NCBI RefSeq assembly: GCF_965262435.1
Contig: NZ_OZ253537.1
Location: forward strand, 825,332-889,331
Source: Roseateles sp.
GTDB lineage: Bacteria > Pseudomonadota > Gammaproteobacteria > Burkholderiales > Burkholderiaceae_C
Reading direction: 5' to 3'
Length of the DNA: 64,000 nucleotides
Part shown: positions 21,013 to 29,883 of the stretch, one piece after another
Numbering within the stretch: the stretch's first letter is position 1
How the letters are laid out: every line of letters starts with the position of its first letter
Notes under the pieces: generated by a model
Told to the model about the DNA's origin: nothing
Seen by the model: the letters and a program-made list of their open reading frames with translations, nothing else
The model's database searches: none
Translations under genes and position numbers: made by a program

Positions 21013-21969
21013 ATGGACTCCAAGAACAAAGATCCCGAAAGCAGCGCCAGCAGCAACAAACTCGGCAAGGACATCGGCTGGGAGCTGTACCGAACCTTCC
21101 TCGGCGTGCTGCAGGAGGGCTCGCAATCGGGCGCCGCCCGCGCCCTGGGCCTGGCCCAGCCGACCGTGGGCCGGCATATCGAAGCGCTGGAGCAGGCTCT
21201 CGGCCTGCCGCTCTTCACCCGCTCGCAGCAAGGCCTCTTGCCCACCGAGGCGGCGCTGACCTTGCGAGAAGGCGCCGAGGCCATGGCCCGCCAGGCCGCC
21301 GCCCTGCAGCGTTTGGCACAAGAGCGCCAGCTCGGCGCCCAGGGCCAGCTGCGCGGCGTGGTGCGGGTGACGGCCAGCGAGGTCATGGGCGTGGAAGTGC
21401 TGCCGCCCATCCTGGCCCGGCTGGCGCAGGAGGAGCCCGGCCTTGTGATCGAGCTGGTGCTCAGCAGCCGCATGCAGGACCTGCTGCAGCGCGAGGCCGA
21501 CATCGCCGTGCGCATGACCGCGCCCACGCAGGAGCAGCTGATCGCGCGCCGCCTGGGCACGCTGGAGCTGGGCCTGTTCGCCCGCAGCGACTACCTGGAC
21601 CGCGCCGGCCGCCCGGCCATGCTGGAGGATCTGGCTGCGCACCGCCTGGTGGGCTATGACCAGGAAACGCCCTTCATCCGTGCCGCCCGCCAGGGCTTCC
21701 CGAGCTGGCGCCGTGAGGCCTTTGCCCTGCGCAGCGACAGCGATCTGGCCCAGCTGGCCTTGCTGCGCGCCGGCGCCGGAATCGGCGTCTGTCAAGTTGC
21801 CCTGGCGCGGCGCAGCCCGGGTCTGGAGCGCGTGCTGCCCGAGCAGCTCAGCCTGCCGCTGGAAACCTGGCTGGCCATGCACGAAGACCTGCGCCAAAGC
21901 CTGGCCTGCAAGCGCGTGTTCGAGGCGCTGGCCGAGGGCTTGAGTGAAATGATGGCGGCACCGGCCTGA
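21013..21969 (+). CDS. LysR-family transcriptional regulator
   Basis: wHTH 'EGSQSGAARALGLAQPTVGRHIEALE', 'READIAVR'. Confidence 0.9.
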   Translation: MDSKNKDPESSASSNKLGKDIGWELYRTFLGVLQEGSQSGAARALGLAQPTVGRHIEALEQALGLPLFTRSQQGLLPTEAALTLREGAEAMARQAAALQRLAQERQLGAQGQLRGVVRVTASEVMGVEVLPPILARLAQEEPGLVIELVLSSRMQDLLQREADIAVRMTAPTQEQLIARRLGTLELGLFARSDYLDRAGRPAMLEDLAAHRLVGYDQETPFIRAARQGFPSWRREAFALRSDSDLAQLALLRAGAGIGVCQVALARRSPGLERVLPEQLSLPLETWLAMHEDLRQSLACKRVFEALAEGLSEMMAAPA

Positions 21970-22006
21970 CGGGGCCGCTGCAAATCGCGGAAAATGCCGG
22001 CATCCA

Positions 22007-22032
22007 GCCCCGCCCGGGGCCTTTTGTTTTTT
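22007..22032 (+). terminator. putative intrinsic terminator
   Basis: GCCCC-GCCC-GGGGC hairpin followed by CTTTTGTTTTTT. Confidence 0.45.
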
Positions 22033-22048
22033 GACGATTGCTGCCGCC

Positions 22049-22306
22049 ATGACCGACACCGCCGCTCCCACCGACCGCCCTGCCATTCCCGACCACCTGT
22101 CCATCGACCCGCGCAGCCCGCACCACGATGCCGCCGTGTTCCAGCACGACATCGGCATCCGCCTGAACGGCAAGGAGCGCTTCGATGTGGCCGAGTACTG
22201 CATCAGCGAAGGCTGGGTCAAGGTGCCGGCCGGCCGCACCGTGGACCGCAAGGGCAACCCGGTGATGATCAAGCTCAAGGGCACGGTGGAAGCTTTCTAC
22301 AGCTGA
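22049..22306 (+). CDS. DUF3297 family protein
   Basis: 'PDHLSIDPRSP.H', 'IGIRLNGKER..VAEYCISEGWVKV', 'KLKGTVEAFY'. Confidence 0.85.
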   Translation: MTDTAAPTDRPAIPDHLSIDPRSPHHDAAVFQHDIGIRLNGKERFDVAEYCISEGWVKVPAGRTVDRKGNPVMIKLKGTVEAFYS

Positions 22307-22349
22307 AGCTCCGCCCGAGCCTGCCCCCGCCAGGCCGCGCGCTGCCCGC

Positions 22350-22871
22350 ATGCTGGACCCCGCGTATTTTTCTGCCGCGCAGATTTTTGGTTATGTCGCC
22401 TTCGCCTGCGGCGTGGCCTGTTTTGCGCAGACCGACGATCGCCGCTTCAAGGTCTTCATGGCCCTGGAGTGTTTCGCCTATGTGCTGCACTTCTGGCTGC
22501 TCGGCCAGCCTACCGCTGTTGCCAGCAGCCTGGTTTCGCTGGGCCGATCGCTGGCCTCGCTGCGCAGCCGCTCGCCCTGGGTGGGCCTGGGCTTCATCGG
22601 CCTGAGCGCCGGCCTGGGCCTGTGGCTCCAGCAGGGCTGGCTCTCGCTGCTGCCGATCGCCGCCTCCAGCATCGGCACGACGGCGCTGTTTTTCCTGAGC
22701 GGGCTGCGCATGCGCCTGCTGATGCTGCTGGGCACCTTGCTGTGGCTGGTCAACAACTTGGTGGTGGGCTCGGTGGGCGGCAGCCTGCTCGAAGCCACCA
22801 TCGCCCTGACCAACAGCTGGACGCTGTGGCGGCTTTGGCGCCGCCCGCCGGAGGCCGCTCAGGCCGTGTGA
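22350..22871 (+). CDS. ygjV: YgjV-family inner membrane protein
   Basis: 'AQIFGYVAF', 'F.Q.DD.R.K', 'HFWLLG..TA', 'LWLVNN..VGS.GG.L.E'. Confidence 0.8.
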   Translation: MLDPAYFSAAQIFGYVAFACGVACFAQTDDRRFKVFMALECFAYVLHFWLLGQPTAVASSLVSLGRSLASLRSRSPWVGLGFIGLSAGLGLWLQQGWLSLLPIAASSIGTTALFFLSGLRMRLLMLLGTLLWLVNNLVVGSVGGSLLEATIALTNSWTLWRLWRRPPEAAQAV

Positions 22872-22884
22872 GCTGCGATGCGCG

Positions 22885-24243
22885 TCAGCGCCCGCGGCGG
22901 AACAGCGAGGCCCAGCCGGCGCGGGGGCTCATGTCATCCAGATTCCAGGCCTCGGGCTGAAACGCCTGCTTGCTGGGCGCGTAGCGCGGGTAGCCGCTGG
23001 CGTTCTGCAGCTCGCTGTCGATGATCTGGCCACGGCCTTCGGCCACATCGGACAGCAGCTTGAAATCAATCGGGTCGCGGTCCCAGGGCCGGGCGCCCAC
23101 GGCCAGAGGCAGCTCCGCCTCCAGGCGCCGTGCCGGCAGGATGCGGCTCAGCGGCAGGCCGGCGGGCAGCTCGGGCGCCTGCAGTTGCAGGATGCGCGCT
23201 TGGCCGGCGCTGTAGATGCCGGTCTGGGCCACGGCGGCGCCGTACTCGTCCACCGCCAGGTTGTCGTGCAGGAACAGCGCCACGTCGCCGTGGCCGCCGA
23301 GTGCGAACAAGGGCGTGTTGGGCCGCGTGTCCGGCCCCTGGCGGTAGGCATTGCCGATCAGGCTGATGCGGCCGGTCTGCCAGGGGTGGGTGGCCCACTC
23401 GTGCGCGACCAGGTTGTAGTGCACCGCCTTGTTGCCGGGGTTGTAGATCAGGTTGTTGACCATGGCCGCCTGCACGCCGCCTTTGAACAAGGCATTGCGC
23501 TCGCGGTTGGAGGCGTAGAGATTGGCGTAGAGCAGGATGCCGCTGGCGTTGTCGTGCACCAGTGTGCCCTTGGAGTGCTCGCCCTTCTCGTGCACCGAAG
23601 TGCCCAGGCCCTCGTAGATCAGGTTGTGGCTGTAGGTGATGGCGTGCGAGGTGTTGCGGCGCCAGTCCTCAGGCGTGGCGCCCTCGAAACGCGGGCCGCC
23701 GACCGACAGGTTTTCGTCGCTGGCCCAGGACAGGCTGCAGTGGTCGACGATGATGTGGTGGGCCGCGCCCTGGGTGGAGATGCCGTCTTGGTCGGCGCCG
23801 CTTTTCTTGGCGCGGCCGAACTCTCCGGGCCGGAACATCAGGTGCTGGACGATCACCTGATGGGTGGCGATATTGGTCTCGCCCTTGATCACGGTGATGC
23901 CAGGCTTGGGGGCGGTCTGGCCGGCAATGGTCAGGTAGGGGTGGCGGATGTTGAGGGTCTGGCCGGCCAGGTCGATGACGCCGCCGACTTCAAACACCAC
24001 GATGCGCGGCCCCTCGGCCTCCAGCGCCTCGCGCAGCGAGCCGGGGCCGGATTCCTTGAGATTGCTGACCCGCAAGATGCGCCCGCCACGGCCGCCCACG
24101 GTGCCGGTGGCCCAGCCTTGCACGCTGATGCCGGCGGGGTCCAGCTGGGGTCTTGGCGGGCTCTCGGCGCTGGCAGGGAAAGGCAACAGGGCCAGCAGGC
24201 AGACGCTGGCGAGCAGATGTCGACGACGCATGGTGCTGCTCAT
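22885..24243 (-). CDS. pectate lyase (PL1), second type
   Basis: 'GGRGG.ILRVSNLKESGPGSLREA', 'LTIAGQTAP..GI', 'IIVDHCSLSWASDE'; RR leader; overlaps the kdgK stop. Confidence 0.88.
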   Translation of the reverse strand: MSSTMRRRHLLASVCLLALLPFPASAESPPRPQLDPAGISVQGWATGTVGGRGGRILRVSNLKESGPGSLREALEAEGPRIVVFEVGGVIDLAGQTLNIRHPYLTIAGQTAPKPGITVIKGETNIATHQVIVQHLMFRPGEFGRAKKSGADQDGISTQGAAHHIIVDHCSLSWASDENLSVGGPRFEGATPEDWRRNTSHAITYSHNLIYEGLGTSVHEKGEHSKGTLVHDNASGILLYANLYASNRERNALFKGGVQAAMVNNLIYNPGNKAVHYNLVAHEWATHPWQTGRISLIGNAYRQGPDTRPNTPLFALGGHGDVALFLHDNLAVDEYGAAVAQTGIYSAGQARILQLQAPELPAGLPLSRILPARRLEAELPLAVGARPWDRDPIDFKLLSDVAEGRGQIIDSELQNASGYPRYAPSKQAFQPEAWNLDDMSPRAGWASLFRRGR

Positions 24244-25229
24244 GACTGGGGCTGCAGCAGATCGGCCATCAGGGCCGGCTCGATCAAGGCGCCGCGATGC
24301 TGGATCACGCGCGCGGCCAGGCGGTTGCCGAAGCGTGCCGATTCCACCGCCGGGCGGCCGCGCAGGCGCTGGCTCAGATAGCCGCCGGCAAAGGAGTCGC
24401 CGGCCGCCGTGGTGTCGACCACGCGCTCGACGCGTTCGGTGGCGGCTTCCCGCCAGTCCGGGGCGCCGGCTTCGGGCGCGCGCACCAGGGTGGCTTCGGC
24501 GCCGCGCTTGATCAGCAGCTCGGGCGGGGCCAGGTCTTGCGCGGCGGCCACCGCCTCGGCCAGGCTGGGCAGCTCGAACAAGGCCTGGTGGTCGTCGGCC
24601 GTGATCAGGCCCACATTGGCCAGCTCCAGCGCGCGGCGGAAGACCGCCTGCGCCTCGGCGCGGCTGGCCCAGAGCCGCGGCCGGTAGTTGTTGTCGAACA
24701 CCACCATGGTGCCCCGCGCGCGCAGCGCCTCCATCAAGGCAAACACGCGCTCGCGCCCGGCCGGCGGCAGGATGGCCAGGCTGATGCCGCTCAGGTAGAA
24801 CAGGTCCCAGTCGGCGGCCTGGTCCTCCAAAGGCGTGCGCTCGCTCTCAAAGTAGGCCTTGGCGGCGCTGGTGTCGCGCCAGTAGTTGAAGCTCCGCTCG
24901 CCGCGCGCATCGACCTCAATCATGTAAAGCCCGGGCATGCGGCCGGGGATCTGGCGCACCAGATCCAGGGCCAGGCCTTCGGCCGCCCAGCGCTCCATCA
25001 GGCCACGGCTGAGGCCGTCCTCGCCCAGGCCGGTGGCGTAGTGCACGGTGTAGGGCGCGGCGGCCTCGGCCTCGTTCTTGCCTTGATCCGCAGCACAGCG
25101 CGCCAGATAAACGGCGGTGTTCAGGGTGTCGCCGCCAAAGCCTTGTTGCAGCGTGCCAAAGGCCGGGCCGACCAGCTCCAGCATGCATTCGCCGAGCACC
25201 GCCACCTGCTTTGTTGAAGCTACCCTCAT
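24240..25229 (-). CDS. kdgK: 2-keto-3-deoxygluconate kinase (PfkB family)
   Basis: 'VAVLGECMLEL', 'FGGDTLNTAVYLAR', 'FDNNYRPRLW', 'VVDTTAAGDSF'. Confidence 0.93.
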   Translation of the reverse strand: MRVASTKQVAVLGECMLELVGPAFGTLQQGFGGDTLNTAVYLARCAADQGKNEAEAAAPYTVHYATGLGEDGLSRGLMERWAAEGLALDLVRQIPGRMPGLYMIEVDARGERSFNYWRDTSAAKAYFESERTPLEDQAADWDLFYLSGISLAILPPAGRERVFALMEALRARGTMVVFDNNYRPRLWASRAEAQAVFRRALELANVGLITADDHQALFELPSLAEAVAAAQDLAPPELLIKRGAEATLVRAPEAGAPDWREAATERVERVVDTTAAGDSFAGGYLSQRLRGRPAVESARFGNRLAARVIQHRGALIEPALMADLLQPQS

Positions 25230-25243
25230 GGAATCCCTTAGTT

Positions 25244-25264
25244 ATTTGGAACGCTGTTTCGTTA
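25244..25264. promoter_or_regulatory. KdgR operator between kdgK and the TRAP operon
   Basis: atttggaacgctgtttcgtta matches 14/20 of the KdgR consensus and shares the core AC-CGCTGTTTC/ACGCTGTTTC with the 16473 site; lies just upstream of the kdgK start. Confidence 0.72.
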
Positions 25265-25376
25265 TTCTATTTGCGAGCGAACGAATTTCGAAACAAGGGC
25301 TGACCCTGATGCGCCGAGGCTGAGGCCGCGCGCGTGCCCGGGCAGACCCCCCCTGACTCGCCCGGAGACGCCCCCC

Positions 25377-26357
25377 ATGTTTTGCCCCCGCTTCAAGATC
25401 CTGCCCGCTGCTGCCTTGCTGGCCCTGGCGCTGACCCAGCCGGCCGCCCAGGCCCTGACTCTGCGCGCCGCCGATGTGCACAACAGCAATGAGTACCCGA
25501 CCGTGCTGGCGCTCAAACGCATGGGCGAGCTGCTGGAGCAGCGCAGCGCCGGGCGCATCAAGCTCAAGGTCTTCAACAAGGGCGCGCTCGGCACCGAGAA
25601 GGAAACCATCGACCAGCTCAAGATCGGCGCGCTCGAGCTGACCCGCGTGCACATCAGCCCCATGAACGCCATCTGCCCGCAGACCCAGGTGCCGACCATG
25701 CCCTTTTTGTTCCGCTCGGTCGCACAGATGCGCCGCGCGCTGGACGGCCCGGCCGGCGAGGAGATCCTGCGCGCCTGCGAGCCACAGGGCTTCATCGGCC
25801 TGGCCTTCTACGACAGCGGCGCCCGCTCCATCTATGCCCGCAAGCCGATCAAGATCCCGGCCGATGCCAAGGGCTTGAAGATCCGCGTGCCGCAGTCGGA
25901 CCTCTGGGTGGCGGTGGCCGCGGCCCTGGGCGCCAATGCCACGCCCATGCCGGTGGGCGAGGTCTACACCGGCCTCAAGACCGGCCTGGTCGACGCGGCC
26001 GAAAACAACCTGCCCTCGTTTGAAGGCTTCAAGCATTTCGAGGCGGTCAAGTTCTACTCCCGCACCGAGCACTCCATGGCGCCCGAGCTGCTGCTGATGA
26101 GCAAAAGGGTCTACGACGGCCTGCCGCCCGCGGACCAGCAGCTGATCCGCGCCGCGGCCAAGGAATCGGTCGCCTTCCAGCGCTTGCGCTGGGACGAGCA
26201 GGAGGCCAAATCGCTGGCCCTGGTGAGAGCCGGCGGCGCGCAGATCGTCGACGTGGACAAGAGCGCCTTCCAGGCTGTGATGCCGCCGGTCTACGCCCGC
26301 TTCATGAACACGCCCGAGCTGCAGCGCCTGGTCAAGACCTTGCAGGAGACACCGTGA
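25377..26357 (+). CDS. dctP: TRAP transporter substrate-binding protein
   Basis: '[13 protein letters not shown]', 'GLKIRV', '[17 protein letters not shown]'. Confidence 0.92.
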   Translation: MFCPRFKILPAAALLALALTQPAAQALTLRAADVHNSNEYPTVLALKRMGELLEQRSAGRIKLKVFNKGALGTEKETIDQLKIGALELTRVHISPMNAICPQTQVPTMPFLFRSVAQMRRALDGPAGEEILRACEPQGFIGLAFYDSGARSIYARKPIKIPADAKGLKIRVPQSDLWVAVAAALGANATPMPVGEVYTGLKTGLVDAAENNLPSFEGFKHFEAVKFYSRTEHSMAPELLLMSKRVYDGLPPADQQLIRAAAKESVAFQRLRWDEQEAKSLALVRAGGAQIVDVDKSAFQAVMPPVYARFMNTPELQRLVKTLQETP

Positions 26358-26854
26358 ACTTCACAGCACTCACGCGCTTGTGTGCCGCCCTGTCCAAGCT
26401 GGCGCTGGTGGCCGCCGTGGTCTGCCTGATCGCAGTGCTGCTGTGCGTGCAGTTGCAAGTGGTAGGCCGTTATGTCTTCAACGACACGCCCACCTGGACC
26501 GAGGGCCTGGCCATGCTGTTGGTGCTCTACGTCACCGCCTTCGGCGTGGCCGTGGGCGTGCGCGATGCCGGCCACATCGGCCTGGAGTCTTTGCTGGTGC
26601 TGCTGCCCGAGCGCTGGCGCCTGCGTCTGGAGCTGTTGGTCCATGCCCTGGTGGCGGGCTTTGGCGCGCTGATGGCGCAGTCGGGCTGGGTCTGGACGCA
26701 GCTGAAATGGAGCGAGCCCAAGCCCATGCTGGGCGTGCCCGAGGGGCTGGACTACCTGCCGCTGCTGATTGCCGGCGTGCTGATCGTGCTGTTCTCGCTG
26801 GAGCATATGCGTGCGCTCTGGCGCGGTGAGGCGGTGCTCCCGTCCTGGTACTGA
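26354..26854 (+). CDS. dctQ: TRAP small permease
   Basis: Four TMs, 'RYVFN.TP.WTE', 'HIGLE'. Confidence 0.9.
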   Translation: MNFTALTRLCAALSKLALVAAVVCLIAVLLCVQLQVVGRYVFNDTPTWTEGLAMLLVLYVTAFGVAVGVRDAGHIGLESLLVLLPERWRLRLELLVHALVAGFGALMAQSGWVWTQLKWSEPKPMLGVPEGLDYLPLLIAGVLIVLFSLEHMRALWRGEAVLPSWY

Positions 26855-26917
26855 ACCAAGCGCAGCACACCGCCTGGCGAAGCCTGCCCCCCTTTTGATT
26901 CACAAGGATTTGATGCG

Positions 26918-28207
26918 ATGGAACTCTGGGTTCTGGGTCTGAGCTTTGCCCTCTTGCTGCTGCTGGGCGTGCCGGTGGCTTTTGCCATCGGCCTGTCCTC
27001 GGTGGCCACCATGTTGGCGGCCGATCTGCCGCTGGCCCTGGTCTTTCAGAAGATGGTCGGCGGCATGCAGGTCTTCTCCTTCCTGGCCATTCCCTTCTTC
27101 GTGTTCGCCGGCGAGCTGATGCTCTACGGCGGCATTGCCGACCGCATCGTGCGCTTCGCCAACAGCCTGATCGGCCATGTGCGCGGCGGTTTGGGCATGA
27201 GCAATGTGCTGGGCTGCACCTTGTTCGGCGGCGTGGCGGGATCGCCGCTGGCCGATGTCTCGGCCATGGGCTCGGTGATGATTCCGCTGATGAAGAAGGA
27301 GGGCTACCACGCCGACTACGCGGTCAACGTCACCACGCATGCGGCCTTGGTCGGCGCCCTGATGCCAACCTCGCACAACCTCATCATCTTCGTGCTGGCC
27401 GCCTCTGGCATTGCCTCGGTCAGTGTCTTCGGCCTGATCCTGGCGGCGCTGATTCCGGCCTTGCTGCTGACCCTGGCCAATCTGGCCGCGGCCTACGGTG
27501 TGGCCGTGCGGCGCGGCTACCCCACGCACGGCGCCTTCCCGGGCTGGGCGGCGGTGGGCCGCGCTTTTGTCGGCGCCCTGCCGGGCCTGCTGGTGGTGGT
27601 GATCATCTTGGCCGGCATCCTCAGCGGCGTCTTCACCGCCACCGAGTCGGCCGCCACGGCGGTGTTTTGGGCCCTGGGGGTGACGGTCTTCGTCTACCGC
27701 TCGCTGAGCTGGCAGAACTTCCTCAAGGCCTGCGCCAAGGCCTGCAAGACCACGGGCGTGGTGCTGCTGCTGATCGGCATCTCCTCGGCTTTCGGCTACT
27801 TCATGGCCTTGTACGAGGTGCCGCAGCGCACCGGTGAGCTGATGCAAAGCGTGAGCCAGAGCCCCTGGGTGATCTTTCTGATGGTCAACCTGCTGCTCTT
27901 CGTGCTCGGCACCTTCCTGGACATGGCGGCCACCATCCTGATCTGCACGCCAATCTTTCTGCCCATTTGCCAGCAGTACGGCATGGACCCGCTGCAGTTC
28001 GGCATCCTGATGCTGATCAACTGCGCCCTGGGCCTGAACACGCCCCCGGTCGGCAGCACCCAGTTCGTCGGCTGCGCCATCGGCGGCATCTCGGTCGGCC
28101 AGGTCATGCGCTCGATCTGGCCCTTCTACGGTGCCTTGCTGGCCACGCTGGCGCTGGTGACCTTTGTGCCGGCGATCTCGCTCTGGCTGCCGACGCTCAT
28201 GAAGTGA
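26918..28207 (+). CDS. dctM: TRAP large permease
   Basis: 'LLLLGVPVAFAIG', 'FLAIPFFVFAGELM', 'GLNTPPVG'. Confidence 0.93.
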   Translation: MELWVLGLSFALLLLLGVPVAFAIGLSSVATMLAADLPLALVFQKMVGGMQVFSFLAIPFFVFAGELMLYGGIADRIVRFANSLIGHVRGGLGMSNVLGCTLFGGVAGSPLADVSAMGSVMIPLMKKEGYHADYAVNVTTHAALVGALMPTSHNLIIFVLAASGIASVSVFGLILAALIPALLLTLANLAAAYGVAVRRGYPTHGAFPGWAAVGRAFVGALPGLLVVVIILAGILSGVFTATESAATAVFWALGVTVFVYRSLSWQNFLKACAKACKTTGVVLLLIGISSAFGYFMALYEVPQRTGELMQSVSQSPWVIFLMVNLLLFVLGTFLDMAATILICTPIFLPICQQYGMDPLQFGILMLINCALGLNTPPVGSTQFVGCAIGGISVGQVMRSIWPFYGALLATLALVTFVPAISLWLPTLMK

Positions 28208-28216
28208 GCGGCTCCC

Positions 28217-29599
28217 TCACTTGCCAATACAAAACTTGCTGAAAATTTCTCCGAGCAAGTCGTCGGCCGAGAAGGCCCCGGTGATCTCGCCCAGGGCGTC
28301 GTGGGCGAGGCGCAGTTCTTCGGCCAGCAGGTCCAGCGCCGGCGGCTGCTGGTGGGCCACGGCTTGGGCCATATCGAGATGCTCTCGAGTTCGGCGCAGG
28401 GCCTGCACATGGCGCTCGCGGGCGATGTAGAGGCCTTCGGGCGTGGCTTGCCAGCCCACTTGCTGCAGCAGGCGCTGGCGCAGGGCTTGCAGGCCGGCGC
28501 CGGACTTGGCGGACAGGCTCAGCGCGCCCTCGGGCACCGGCGCGGCATTGGGCGCATCGCTCTTGTTGAAGACTTGCAGGATGCGCTCGGCTGACACGTT
28601 AGCCAGTCGGGCTGAAATCAGACGGTCTTCGGCCTCGTAGTCGGCCTGGCCAACGCGGGTCAGGTCGTGCAGGAAGAGCAGCACATCGGCATCGGCAATC
28701 GCCTCCCAGCTGCGCGCCACGCCGATGCGTTCGACCTCGTCTTCGGTGTCGCGCAGGCCGGCGGTGTCGCTGATGTGCAGGGGCACACCTTCGATCTGTA
28801 TGGTCTGGCTGACCTTGTCGCGCGTGGTGCCCGGGATGGGCGTGACGATGGCCAGCTCGGCGCCGGCCAGGGCGTTCAGCAGCGAGCTCTTGCCCACATT
28901 GGGCTGGCCGGCCAGCACGACCTTGATGCCCTCGCGTAGCAAGGCGCCCTGGCGTGTGCGGTCCAGCACGGCGTCCAGGCGCTGCTGCAGCCGGCTCAGG
29001 CGGCCGAGTGCATCGGCTTGCTGCAGGAAATCAATCTCTTCTTCCGGGAAGTCCAGGGTCGCCTCGACCAGCATGCGCAGCTTGATCAGGGCGTCGCGCA
29101 GCTCGCCCACCTCGCCCGAGAGCGCGCCGCCCAGCGCCCGGCTGGCGCTGCGGGCCGCGGCCTCGGTGCTGGCGTCGATCAGGTCGCTGACGGCCTCGGC
29201 CTGGGCCAGGTCCAGCTTGCCATTGAGAAACGCGCGCTGGGTGAACTCACCCGGCTCGGCCAGGCGCAGGGCCAGGCCCTGCTCACGCCCCGCCTCCAGG
29301 CAGCGCGCCAGCAGCAGCTGCAACACCACCGGGCCGCCATGGGCCTGCAGCTCCAGCACATGCTCGCCGGTGTAGGAATGCGGCGCCGGAAACAGCAGGG
29401 CCAGGCCCTGGTCGATGGCCGCGCCGGCTGCGTCGCGAAAAGGCAGATACGTCGCCTCGCGCGCCTTCAGGGCTTTGCCGCAGACGGCGGCCACCAAGGG
29501 GGTCAGGTCTTGCGGGGAGGACACCCGGACGATGCCGACGGCCCCTCGACCCGGGGCGGTGGCGATAGCGGCGATGGGGTCGTGGTGGCGGGAGAGCAT
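28217..29599 (-). CDS. mnmE: tRNA modification GTPase MnmE
   Basis: '[18 protein letters not shown]', '[10 protein letters not shown]', 'GTTRD', 'DTAG', C-terminal 'FCIGK'. Confidence 0.98.
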   Translation of the reverse strand: MLSRHHDPIAAIATAPGRGAVGIVRVSSPQDLTPLVAAVCGKALKAREATYLPFRDAAGAAIDQGLALLFPAPHSYTGEHVLELQAHGGPVVLQLLLARCLEAGREQGLALRLAEPGEFTQRAFLNGKLDLAQAEAVSDLIDASTEAAARSASRALGGALSGEVGELRDALIKLRMLVEATLDFPEEEIDFLQQADALGRLSRLQQRLDAVLDRTRQGALLREGIKVVLAGQPNVGKSSLLNALAGAELAIVTPIPGTTRDKVSQTIQIEGVPLHISDTAGLRDTEDEVERIGVARSWEAIADADVLLFLHDLTRVGQADYEAEDRLISARLANVSAERILQVFNKSDAPNAAPVPEGALSLSAKSGAGLQALRQRLLQQVGWQATPEGLYIARERHVQALRRTREHLDMAQAVAHQQPPALDLLAEELRLAHDALGEITGAFSADDLLGEIFSKFCIGK

Positions 29600-29801
29600 G
29601 CCGAATTATCGGTGGCCTGTACCAAGCGAAGACGCCGGCGTTGCTTTGGGCAACGTCGGCGTCAAGTCTTCAGTATGTGGCGCGGGGGAGGCCGGGGCCC
29701 AGCGCTCGCGTGAGCCTGGATCTCGGGCCTGGGTCCATCGTCCGGAGTCGGCGATGAAACTCTGCCCCGCATGATCGGATTGGAGGCTTATCTCGCTCAA
29801 G

Positions 29802-29836
29802 AAAAAAGCCCCCAGCTATGGGGTAGCTGGGGGCTT
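29802..29836 (-). terminator. intrinsic terminator of the rpmH-yidC operon
   Basis: Minus strand AAGCCCCCAGCTA-CCCCA-TAGCTGGGGGCTT followed by a U-run. Confidence 0.85.
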
Positions 29837-29883
29837 CGTGAACTATTGCAAGTGCCGGGCACTTGCGAGGGGCTGGAGCAGAC

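Noticed and set aside
29631-29665. Strong hairpin upstream of mnmE (gacgccggcgttgc..gcaacgtcggcgtc)
   Set aside because: A single isolated stem with no U-run or recognisable motif; not enough to call an RNA element.
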